A stretch of 63,777 bases of DNA, the filler included. It is 4 parts of 4 records of this genome, joined end to end, with 100 filler letters (N's around TTAATTAATTAA, not from the genome) between each part and the next. Parts side by side here need not be neighbours in the genome. Positions count along the whole stretch, not along the records: positions 23,279 to 41,248 come from SRR22947727_2586; positions 41,349 to 55,670 come from SRR22947727_2587; 2 more parts are not named here. One strand, given 5' to 3'. The notes beneath the pieces are model-generated. The model saw nothing but the letters and a program-made list of their open reading frames with translations. It ran no database searches and was not told the origin of the DNA. Shown here piece by piece: positions 37,315 to 46,361 of this stretch. The position numbers and the translations under genes were made by a program. The number at the start of each line of letters is the position of its first letter. Positions within the stretch are counted from its first letter, which is position 1.

Positions 37315-37342
37315 TATTTATCACAAAATCAGTTGGTCGCAA
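37315..37342 (-). promoter_or_regulatory. Candidate sigma70 promoter for the rpmJ operon
   Basis: Minus strand TTGCGA-N16-TAAATA with an extended -10 TG. Confidence 0.5.
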
Positions 37343-37379
37343 GGCGCGATTCGAGGTTTATCTAAATTTTAGGGTAAAA

Positions 37380-38240
37380 TTAACAAATTTTTGCAACATC
37401 ATGGCTGAGACCCGCATTTTTCGTCATTTGCGGACGTTCAGTCATCAATCGCGGGCGTGGCGTCAGAATTTCGGCATCTCCTTCAGTCACCAAAACAGTG
37501 TGTTCAAAATGTGATGACAACGCACGGTCTTTCGTTTCTACAGTCCAGTCATCATCAAGAATTTTGATATCCGCAGTCCCTGCGTTCACCATTGGCTCGA
37601 TGGCCAAAACCATTCCGGGTTGGAGACGTGGATTCTTAAATCGCCGATGTCTCATCTCAATTGGATCCCAATAATTCGGGACTTGAGGCTCTTCGTGTAA
37701 ATTTTTCCCAACCCCATGTCCGACAAACTCTTTTACCACGGTATAATTAAACTGAGCCACATACTCTTCGACGGAACTACAAAGTTTTGACAGCAATTCC
37801 CCAGCGCGGGCATGACTAATTGCAACCGCGAGTGACTCTTCGGTAGCAAATAGGAGATCTGCAGCGTCTTCACTAATCTCGCCAACCGGTACACTGAAGG
37901 CATTGTCTCCCACCCAGCCGTCTGGAGTCACAATTCCGACATCAAGCTTCACGACATCGCCATCTTGTATCACGCGATCGCCACCGATTCCGTGAACGAT
38001 CTCTTCATTGACGGAAATACAGATATTTCCGGGGAAATTTCGATATCCAAGAAATGCACTAACGCACCCTTGTTGGGCAATGAGGTCAGCCGCAGCCAGA
38101 TCAATCTCGCGAGTGGTTTTACCAGCCACTACAAGTTTCCCAGTTGCCTGGAGGCACTCTGAAGCAATCCTTCCCGCTTCTCGCAAACCATCGGCCTCTG
38201 CTCCGATACGAATCGGAATTTTATTTTTTCGCTTCGCCAT
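37380..38240 (-). CDS. map: Methionine aminopeptidase type I
   Basis: CISVNEEIVHG, DVG...GD, GHGVG..LHEEP, AIEPM and HFEHT motifs; start at 38240. Confidence 0.97.
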   Translation of the reverse strand: MAKRKNKIPIRIGAEADGLREAGRIASECLQATGKLVVAGKTTREIDLAAADLIAQQGCVSAFLGYRNFPGNICISVNEEIVHGIGGDRVIQDGDVVKLDVGIVTPDGWVGDNAFSVPVGEISEDAADLLFATEESLAVAISHARAGELLSKLCSSVEEYVAQFNYTVVKEFVGHGVGKNLHEEPQVPNYWDPIEMRHRRFKNPRLQPGMVLAIEPMVNAGTADIKILDDDWTVETKDRALSSHFEHTVLVTEGDAEILTPRPRLMTERPQMTKNAGLSHDVAKIC

Positions 38241-38285
38241 AATGCAGCGAGTCATCGCTCCGAAAACCATCGAGCTGAAACCGAA

Positions 38286-39797
38286 TTAGCCTCCGTTGGT
38301 TTTGACCATGTAAATGACGATTCCGGTGATGATAAGAACCGCAGCAAGCAGCAACAACCAGATAATAGAACCCGAACTTGCAGCAGCGCCTTTGCCACCA
38401 CCTCGGTCAAATCGGCCGCGAATACGACCTTTTCGAAGAAATCCATCGTAGTGACGCTGAATGAGGTGAGTCTCCACCTGACGCATGATGTCCAGCAGAA
38501 CTCCGACCATAATGAGCAATCCAGTTCCACCGAAAAACTGAGCAGCCACCGGTGGGACACCCATCAAACTCGTGAGAATTCGGGGCAGCACCGCAACAAT
38601 CGTCAGGAAAATTGCTCCTGCAAAAGTCAGGCGACTCATGGTCTTATCGAGAAATTCAGCAGTTGGCTTCCCTGGGCGCACGCCAGGGATATATCCGCCA
38701 TTCTTTTTGAGATCGTCAGCAATCTGGTTTGGCTGGAACATCGTAGCCACCCAAAAATAACTGAAGAAGAAAATCATCAACGCAGTCGCCGTGTAGAAAA
38801 GCCAATGGTCACCCGATCCGAGAATTGAAGCCCACTTTTGCGCCCACGGCGCATCAGAAATCATTCCAATAATCTGAGAGGGGAAGAGCAGAATTGCCTG
38901 AGCGAAAATGATCGGCATCACACCTGCATAGTTCACCTTCAAGGGCATGTACTGGGTCTGCCCACCAAACTGCTTACGTCCTACAACCCGCTTAGCGTAA
39001 TTGATCGTGATTCGACGTTGCGCCTGAGTAATCGAGATTACTGCCGCAATCACAAAGAAAAGGAAAGCTAGCAAGATCACCAATTGCATCGGCTTTAACA
39101 GGTCATCCCCGGCGCCAGCAACAAACGTCTGGTAAACCTGATAGATTGCACCCGGCAGAGCATAGATAATGTTGACGGTGATAATCAAAGAAACACCGTT
39201 TCCGATACCTCGCTCGGTAATTTGATCACCAATCCACAAAAGTAACATTGAACCAGAAGTGACAATCACAACGGTTCGTAAAATAAATCCCAGTCCCCCA
39301 TCTGGAACAAGCACTTTAGTAGCCCCGCCTGCGATATCCCGCAAAAACGGGTTTGCCTCGGGAGTAATGAGAGATTTCGCCAACATCCATCCCTGAACAA
39401 GGCAGAGGATAATTGTGACGTAACGGGTGTACAAATTGATTTTCTGACGCCCTCCATCTTCCCTTGCCAGCTTTCCAAGCTGAGGAACAACTGCCGTCAA
39501 AAGCTGCATCATGATCGACGCACTAATGTATGGCATGATGCCAAGCGCAAAAAGCGCAGAATTTTGAAGTCCTCCACCACTAAATATGCTCATCATCGCG
39601 AGCATCGCAGCGGGTCCTCCTTTACCTTCGCCAGATTGCTCCTGAATCTGATTCATCCAGTCCGCCAAGACTGAGGCGTCCACGCCAGGAAGCGTAATCA
39701 CAGCACCCAAGCGAATGACCACAATCACCAACAAGGTGAAAATGATCCGCTGACGAAGTTCAGGAATCTTAAACGTGTTGGCAAATGCGGAAATCAT
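38286..39797 (-). CDS. secY: Preprotein translocase SecY with an extra C-terminal hydrophobic helix
   Basis: FALGIMPYISASI, ITERGIGNGVSL, AGVMPIIFA, IPGVRPG, FGGTGLLI.VGV and RHYDGF motifs. Confidence 0.98.
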   Translation of the reverse strand: MISAFANTFKIPELRQRIIFTLLVIVVIRLGAVITLPGVDASVLADWMNQIQEQSGEGKGGPAAMLAMMSIFSGGGLQNSALFALGIMPYISASIMMQLLTAVVPQLGKLAREDGGRQKINLYTRYVTIILCLVQGWMLAKSLITPEANPFLRDIAGGATKVLVPDGGLGFILRTVVIVTSGSMLLLWIGDQITERGIGNGVSLIITVNIIYALPGAIYQVYQTFVAGAGDDLLKPMQLVILLAFLFFVIAAVISITQAQRRITINYAKRVVGRKQFGGQTQYMPLKVNYAGVMPIIFAQAILLFPSQIIGMISDAPWAQKWASILGSGDHWLFYTATALMIFFFSYFWVATMFQPNQIADDLKKNGGYIPGVRPGKPTAEFLDKTMSRLTFAGAIFLTIVAVLPRILTSLMGVPPVAAQFFGGTGLLIMVGVLLDIMRQVETHLIQRHYDGFLRKGRIRGRFDRGGGKGAAASSGSIIWLLLLAAVLIITGIVIYMVKTNGG

Positions 39798-39827
39798 CGT
39801 GAAGAAGCGTTATCTAAAAAACGAACC

Positions 39828-39870
39828 AGCAGGGTTGAATCATCGATCCAACAGGGTTGATTCGTTGAAC
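39828..39870. repeat. Two partial copies of the REP-like element between rplO and secY
   Basis: 39850-39870 AACAGGGTTGATTCGTTGAAC matches 29866-29886 at 20/21; a degenerate copy lies at 39828-39848. Confidence 0.7.
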
Positions 39871-39879
39871 TCTCGGGGG

Positions 39880-40350
39880 TTACTCTGAATCGCTAGAAGC
39901 GGCTTTCGGCTCTGCAACAGAACCACCCGCTTTTTCGATTTTTTCCTTGGCTGACGCACTCACCTTATCAACAGCAACGGTCAGTTTCTTTGTAAGCTCA
40001 CCTGAACCGAGGACCTTAACAGCATCCCAGACGCCTTTGACTAAACCAAGTTCACGAAGAGAAGCTTCATTAACCTCAGCTCCATCTTCGAAACGCTCTT
40101 CCAATGTCGTTACATTGATGACCGCATAGGTAGTTTTGAACTGCTTGTTGTTGAAGCCGCGCTTTGGCAAGCGCCGGTTAAGTGGCATCTGACCACCTTC
40201 GAAACTAGGGCGAATCGAAGCGCCTGAACGTGACTTCTGTCCTTTGTGGCCTTTTCCGCAGGTTTTACCCAATCCGGAACTCTCACCACATCCGACTCGT
40301 CTTTTCCGATGCTTTGCACCGGGATTTGGTTTTAAAGTATTTAAACGCAT
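39880..40350 (-). CDS. rplO: 50S ribosomal protein L15
   Basis: GKTCGKGHKGQKSRSG, FEGGQMPL.RRLPKRGF and SASAKEKIEKAGG motifs. Confidence 0.98.
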   Translation of the reverse strand: MRLNTLKPNPGAKHRKRRVGCGESSGLGKTCGKGHKGQKSRSGASIRPSFEGGQMPLNRRLPKRGFNNKQFKTTYAVINVTTLEERFEDGAEVNEASLRELGLVKGVWDAVKVLGSGELTKKLTVAVDKVSASAKEKIEKAGGSVAEPKAASSDSE

Positions 40351-40400
40351 GACACTATCCTTTCGTCAATATTCTGGCAGATCTGTTCAATATCCGTCCG

Positions 40401-41219
40401 TTAGAGGGAAGCTTTATCGGCAATTTTCTTACCGCGAAGCTTATAAACTTCTTCTTTTGTGCGAAGACTTTCAAGTCCCGCAAGAGTTGCCTTTACAACA
40501 TTGGCGTGATTGTTCGATCCCATTGATTTCGCGAGGATATCCTTAATCCCCGCAGCTTCAACAACGGCACGAACTCCACCACCGGCGATGATTCCAGTTC
40601 CCGGAGAAGCGGGGCGCAAAAGAACGCGACCACCACCAAACTCTCCAAGCACATCGTGAGGAATCGTGTTTTCAGTGATTTTTACAGAAATCATCGACTT
40701 CTTCGCGGTCTCACTAGCTTTACGAATGCATTCAGCAACCTCTTTAGCTTTACCAAAACCATAACCAACTTTTCCGTTTTGATCACCAGTGACTACAAGA
40801 GCACTGAAGCTGAAGCGACGACCACCTTTAACCACCTTCGAACAGCGGTTGATGAATACGACTTTCTCGAAAAGTTCAGGACCGTCACTGTCGCGATCAT
40901 CACGACGACCTTGTCCACCGCCACCTTGGCGAGGAGGACCAGAGTTGCCAGCTTGTTGCTGCAATATTGCTTCAGCTCGCATAAGCTTCTCAGACTTCTC
41001 TTCACCACCTACTGCCGCAGCAACAGTTTCGTCAGGAGAAGTCTCAGCACCAGCTTCGGTGACTGCGTCTTCGCCAGTCGCTTCCTTAGGTGCAGCAACC
41101 GCTTCAGCAGCAGTTGCCTCCTCAGGGGTAGCAGCCTTCTCCTCAGGGGTAGCAGCCGCTTCGACAGCAGCATCATCTACAGTTTCCTCTGGAGTGTTAT
41201 TTTCGGTTTCTTCGCTCAT
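40401..41219 (-). CDS. rpsE: 30S ribosomal protein S5 with a long acidic N-terminal extension
   Basis: [21 protein letters not shown] and [12 protein letters not shown] motifs; about 110 aa Glu/Ala-rich N-terminus. Confidence 0.97.
   Translation of the reverse strand: MSEETENNTPEETVDDAAVEAAATPEEKAATPEEATAAEAVAAPKEATGEDAVTEAGAETSPDETVAAAVGGEEKSEKLMRAEAILQQQAGNSGPPRQGGGGQGRRDDRDSDGPELFEKVVFINRCSKVVKGGRRFSFSALVVTGDQNGKVGYGFGKAKEVAECIRKASETAKKSMISVKITENTIPHDVLGEFGGGRVLLRPASPGTGIIAGGGVRAVVEAAGIKDILAKSMGSNNHANVVKATLAGLESLRTKEEVYKLRGKKIADKASL
41118..41157. repeat. Coding tandem repeat (period 21) in the rpsE extension
   Basis: CTCCTCAGGGGTAGCAGCC at 41118-41136 and 41139-41157, encoding AATPEE twice. 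Confidence 0.85.
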
Positions 41220-41248
41220 TTAAAAATTAGGTAAATTCAAGGCGTCGA

Positions 41249-41348
41249 NNNNNNNNNNNNNNNNNNNNNNNNNNNNNNNNNNNNNNNNNNNNTTAATTAA
41301 TTAANNNNNNNNNNNNNNNNNNNNNNNNNNNNNNNNNNNNNNNNNNNN
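41249..41348. other. Artificial contig spacer
   Basis: N44 + TTAATTAATTAA + N44. Confidence 0.99.
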
Positions 41349-42716
41349 GGCCGAGTTTCAACCTCTCTAGCCAAACTAACTGCGCCTATGATGATGGGGG
41401 TTTCGTCGAGCATCGTGGTGCAAACCCTAGAGATGGGGTTTATCGGACAATTGGGTACGGCTTATGTCGCCGCCATTACATTTACCTTTCCTTTGGTGAT
41501 GATCCTCACCAGTATCGCCTTGGGCATCAGTATTGGCACCTCGTCTGTTATCGCGCGAAGCGTGGGCAGCAAACAATACTCAAACACTAGCGGCAGCGAA
41601 CCTGCTGATGCGAATGATGTACCTCGTCTGGGTACCCATAGTCTTATTTTAGTCTTTGTCGCCATGGTGGTCATTGCAGCGCTCTGCTGGTTAATTATTG
41701 ACCCACTGTTTCTCGCCATGGGTGCAGAACCAGAAATGCTGCCCCTCATTCATAGCTACTTAGATATTTATCTGCCCGGCAGCGTGCTGTTCACCACGGC
41801 CATGATTTGCGGCAGTATCATGCGCGCCAACGGCAGCGCTGCCATCCCCGGCATTATAATGACGGTGGGTTCCGTGATTAATCTAATCCTTGACCCTTTT
41901 CTTATCTTCGGATGGTTTGGACTACCCGCCATGGAACTGGCTGGCGCAGCCACGGCCATGACCTTGACAAGATTTTTAACGCTCGTGGTCACCCTTTGGT
42001 ACGTGTATCACGGCTCGATGGTTTTAACTAAAGACGTGTTCAAAGGTTGGTGGACCTCCACCAAACGGATACTGCACATTGGCGTACCGGCCATTGCAAC
42101 CAACCTTATCGGTCCATTTACAGCGGCCTACATTACGTTTCTGATTGCAGACTACGGCCAAGATGCAGTGGCTGGCTTTGGTGTCGCAGGCAGACTTGAG
42201 GCATTAGCTGCCATGCTGATGTTTGCATTGTCCGGGTCAATTGGCCCCTTCGTGGGACAAAATTGGGGCGCGCGCGAGTTCAATCGCGTACGTCGCGGCG
42301 TAAACGTAAGTTACATTTTCAGTTTGAGTTGGGGCTTTATAGTCGCTGTGCCCCTTTTCTTTTTCGGTGAAGACATTGCACGGCTCATAGATGCAAAACC
42401 TGAAGTGGTTAAAGTTGCGGGTATTTATTTAGCACTGGTGCCCTGGAGTTATGGTCTGTGGGGGGTGCTTATGATGTCCAGCGCGTCCTTCAATGCATTG
42501 GGTAAACCGCTGCCCAGTACTGCGTTGTCCTTCGCAAGAATGATTGTGGTCTATGTGCCACTGGCAACTTTCCTCAACGACACAATGGGTTACGTTGGCA
42601 TTTTTGTCGCCACTCTTATTAGCAACGCACTGTTTGGTGTGGTGAGTTGGAAATGGTTCAGCGTCAGACTGGCCAATATGACAAAGATGATAAAAACTCA
42701 ATCCGTGAGCGCGTAA
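41349..42716 (+). CDS. MATE family efflux transporter (5'-truncated)
   Basis: Frame open to the contig edge (GRVSTSLAKLTAPMMMG); NLILDPFLIFG...GAA.A and FVGQNWGA motifs; about 12 TMs. Confidence 0.92.
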   Translation, partial: GRVSTSLAKLTAPMMMGVSSSIVVQTLEMGFIGQLGTAYVAAITFTFPLVMILTSIALGISIGTSSVIARSVGSKQYSNTSGSEPADANDVPRLGTHSLILVFVAMVVIAALCWLIIDPLFLAMGAEPEMLPLIHSYLDIYLPGSVLFTTAMICGSIMRANGSAAIPGIIMTVGSVINLILDPFLIFGWFGLPAMELAGAATAMTLTRFLTLVVTLWYVYHGSMVLTKDVFKGWWTSTKRILHIGVPAIATNLIGPFTAAYITFLIADYGQDAVAGFGVAGRLEALAAMLMFALSGSIGPFVGQNWGAREFNRVRRGVNVSYIFSLSWGFIVAVPLFFFGEDIARLIDAKPEVVKVAGIYLALVPWSYGLWGVLMMSSASFNALGKPLPSTALSFARMIVVYVPLATFLNDTMGYVGIFVATLISNALFGVVSWKWFSVRLANMTKMIKTQSVSA

Positions 42717-42835
42717 GGTCGACCTATGACACTGACAACCCGTCCCTCGCAAACTGAAAACGACCCTCTCAGGTCGCCTATTTTCTGCTCCGCGTTGTAT
42801 CCGCTCACAACCTCACTCAAGCCAGGATTCCTGCA

Positions 42836-43807
42836 ATGTATTTAAGACGCTTACTCACCATCTCCGTCCTGATTGTTGCAACAATCGTCGCTGTTACCTT
42901 AGCGCCAGTTGTCCTTGTCTCTGCCTTCGTTATGAGTTTTTTTCCTAAGTTCAAAACCACCCCTCAAGCCATGGCCTTTATTTATGGCTTTATCGGCTAT
43001 GAGTGGATTGGACTAAGTAAATTTGCCTGGGTCTGGGTGCGCTACCACGATATAGAAGAGCGTATGCGCAAAGACCGCGACATTCAGTTTTGGTGGGGAC
43101 GCTCGTTATTTGAAATGGGCAAACGACTGTTCAAGCTCAGAATTGAAGTCACTGGCGAAGATGCCATAGAGGGCAATTGCGCTTTGGTCTTGTGCCGCCA
43201 TACCAGCATGGCCGATACAGTTCTGCCGCTACTGTTTTTTGGTCAAGCTCGCGCAGAGGGGTTGCGCTACGTACTGAAACAAGAACTGCGCCTGCTGCCT
43301 TGTTTAGATATTGGTGGCCACAGGTTACCCAATGTTTTTGTTGATCGCTCCGGCAGCGATTCCGCCAAAGCCATTAAAGATGTGACTGAATTGATGCAGC
43401 AGGCACCGGCAGATCAGTCGGTACTGATTTACCCAGAGGGCACCCGTTTCACCCGCAACAAACATCAACAGTTAGCAGCCAAGCACCCAAACCTAAAGGA
43501 TCAGCTTGAACGGTGGCCAGATCTTCTACCCCTCAGATTAGGTGGCGTTCGCGGCATGCTGGATGCAAATCCTGGCAAAGACTTAGTGTTTCTTGCCCAT
43601 GCGGGTTTTGAGGGTTCTGCGGATATCCATGACCTACTCAGCGGTGGTTGGTTAAACCAACATGTACGCATTCACTTTTGGCGTATTCCGTTTGCGCAAT
43701 TGCCAAAAGACGACCCTACCGAATATCTATTTGCCCAGTGGGATATTATGCAAGCCAATGCGGAAAGGTTAGAGCAAGAAGTGAGACAAGGCATGGCAAC
43801 AAACTGA
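42836..43807 (+). CDS. PlsC-family (lyso)phospholipid acyltransferase
   Basis: RHTSMAD (HxxxxD), YVLKQEL, FVDR and IYPEGTR motifs. Confidence 0.88.
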   Translation: MYLRRLLTISVLIVATIVAVTLAPVVLVSAFVMSFFPKFKTTPQAMAFIYGFIGYEWIGLSKFAWVWVRYHDIEERMRKDRDIQFWWGRSLFEMGKRLFKLRIEVTGEDAIEGNCALVLCRHTSMADTVLPLLFFGQARAEGLRYVLKQELRLLPCLDIGGHRLPNVFVDRSGSDSAKAIKDVTELMQQAPADQSVLIYPEGTRFTRNKHQQLAAKHPNLKDQLERWPDLLPLRLGGVRGMLDANPGKDLVFLAHAGFEGSADIHDLLSGGWLNQHVRIHFWRIPFAQLPKDDPTEYLFAQWDIMQANAERLEQEVRQGMATN

Positions 43808-43815
43808 GACTACTT

Positions 43816-46361
43816 CTAAGAGGGTGCCTTGGCTGAGTAAGCACGCACTTTACCCAACAACTCTTTAGCCAGTTCATCTAGCCTCTCAACAGTTTTAGGT
43901 ACTGGCCTTATTTTCGCTATACAAGATTCTTGTATAGCACTGCATATATGGTGCAGTTCATCGAAGCCATAGCCGGAAAAGACACCTGACAATGTGTGGC
44001 AAGCCCTATCAACTTTGACAAAGTCATCGGCCGCCAATCCGCTATTTACCTCTTCAAGGCGCGCCTCAACCTCAATAGCAAATACTGCCAGCGCTTCTCG
44101 GAAGGCAGTCTCGCCCATCAACTCTCTGATTTCCTGCATTCGCGTTCCACCTAAGCTGACATTGGAATCCTCTTGGTCTAACCACATTGCGATGCGGCTG
44201 CTGAGTAGGTCGTAATCAATCGGCTTAGTTAAAAAGTCGTCCATCCCCGCTTCTAAACACGCACGCTCATCCTCTTTATAGGCCTTCGCCGTTAGCGCAA
44301 TAATCGGTTGCTGAAAATTTTGCTCGCGCATCCAACGGGTTGCTTCTAACCCGTCCATACCCGGCATCTGCACATCCATTAACACCAGACCAAATTGATC
44401 TTGGAGTGGTCGATCCTTCGTGATTATTTCACAGGCCGCAAGACCGCTGTCTACCACCTCAACGGTGTATCCACGTCTTTCTAAAGCGGCTTTAACGACC
44501 AATTGATTGGGCGCGCTGTCTTCCACAAGGAGTATGCGTTTGGTGGCATTAATGGGACCAGTTCGCCTGTATGCAGGCGGTGTCGCCACAACGCCCGGCA
44601 CAATTTGCAAAGGCAGTTCTAACGTAAAACAACTGCCTTCGTCCTTACGCGACACAACGCTTATATCTCCCCCATCAAGTGGGCTAGATTCTGACTGATA
44701 GACAGACCAAGTCCCGTACCCAAATATTTTCTCGTGTCTGAATCATCAGCTTGAACAAAAGCGGTGAACACATCTTCTGCCTGAGTCAGGGTCATACCGA
44801 TCCCGGTATCTCGAACGTTAATTTTATATGCAGGACAGTTCTCTGGAATCTCTGGGGCATCACCCTCAAGCGTCGAATCCGCATCAAGTTCCAGCGATCT
44901 GACCATTGAAGACTTCTCTACACTGACTTCGATCTCACCGCTTTCGGTGAACTTAATGGCATTGCTCAGCAAGTTGGAGATAATTTGCGTCACCTTATGA
45001 TCATCGCCTAACGTAAAATATTCACGAACATCTGTGTCTCGCATGCGCAGCTTAATACCTTGGGCTTTCGCCGTGGGTTTGTACAGGGCAACTAAATCTC
45101 TCGCCATGGCTGTAGGGGAAAAAGTGTTTTCATCTACACTCATTTCACCGGCCTCAATCTTGGAGTAATCGAGCACATTCTTCAGCAAACTCATCAGGCG
45201 CAGGCCAGAATTTTCCGCTGTAGTGAGTAAACTCACCTGGTGTGGGTCCTGCAAATCCGCTCTCACTAAGTTAACAATGCCTAGCAGGGCATTAAGTGGC
45301 GTGCGAATCTCATGACTCATGGTGGCCAAAAAACGGCTCTTTGCTTCGTTGGCAATTTCCGCAGACGATTGCGCTTCGCGCATTTTTTCTTTATTCGCGT
45401 ACTCTTCACGCAAGTCACGCATCTCAGCGCCAAAATATACGTCGCCGGTTAAATTGACTGAACTTACCGCTAACTCAACGGGTATCTCTTCACCCGACCT
45501 GTGCAGACCTTGGATCTCTACCCTACTGCCTACAATTTTCTCCTCACCGGTTTCAAGAAAACGTGCGAGCCCGTGGTAATGTGCTTTACGTAAGCGCTCT
45601 GGAATTAAGAATTCCGCCATTGGCTGACCAATAATATCTTTTTGCTGATAACCAAATAGCTCCTCTGTGGCTTTGTTCACATCTACCACTAAACCCTCGC
45701 CGTCTATGATCACCCGCGCACTCAAACTACCGTCCATTAGCAACTGTTTTATGGCTTGGTGGTCTTGCCGAGCCAAGATACTCACATCTGTTGATAGAGC
45801 GTTGAGGCGCACCAAAGCCATTTTCGTCTCAGTATGGCTGGTTGGTGAAAACTCTAACTCCATGGCATCAGCAGTGCCATGGTTAGCAATAAAAGACAAC
45901 GGCCTAGTGTCGAGGGACGAATCGGCAGTTGCTTTAGACCGCGAGTCAAACAGCTGATCTAGGTGCAAACGAATGTTCTCTATGTCCTCTGAATTCTTTA
46001 CAAAAGAGGCGAGGTTTAGCCCAACCAACAAACTGCCTGGCAATAAATTGTAGGCACCTTCATTGGCCAATAAAATCTTACCGACTGAATCAACCCAAAG
46101 ATAACCCGGGCCTTGACCATCTAAACCGGCATCAAACTGCAGTTGGTTGCGTTTTTGCTAAAGCAAAATATGCCTGAACTGAGCAGACGCCAATAAAAAC
46201 AAAGCAATGGCTACCAACAGGGTCGGCGCAGTAATGCTTCGATCTCCGGCTCCAAGCACCATGACTACCTGATAGAGAAGATAGGTTGCAACCACAACGT
46301 ATACGCCAGCAAAGAGCACAGAAAAAACATCCCTGCGCTGCCAAAACTTAGGTCTGAACAT
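43816..46361 (-). pseudogene. Hybrid sensor kinase (2TM-PAS-PAS-HisKA-HATPase-REC-Hpt), disrupted by an in-frame TAG (46158-46160) and a 1-nt deletion in a G-run (44669-44673)
   Basis: ORFs 46158..46409, 44661..46070 and 43816..44655 join into one 848-aa protein: FLATMSHEIRTPLN, NLLSNAIKFT, DTGIG, GTGLGL, LMG[GDISVV]SRKDEGSCF, LMDVQMP, FLTKP, ACHTLSG. ATG 46361 follows GAGG. Confidence 0.85.

Noticed and set aside
41226-41248. 3' end of rplR upstream of rpsE
   Set aside because: Only a few codons are visible (possibly ..RLEFT-stop), too short to support a call.
46158-46160. Amber reassignment or pyrrolysine decoding
   Set aside because: Seven other genes on the same contig end at TAG at family-typical C-termini, and no pyl genes or suppressor tRNA are present.
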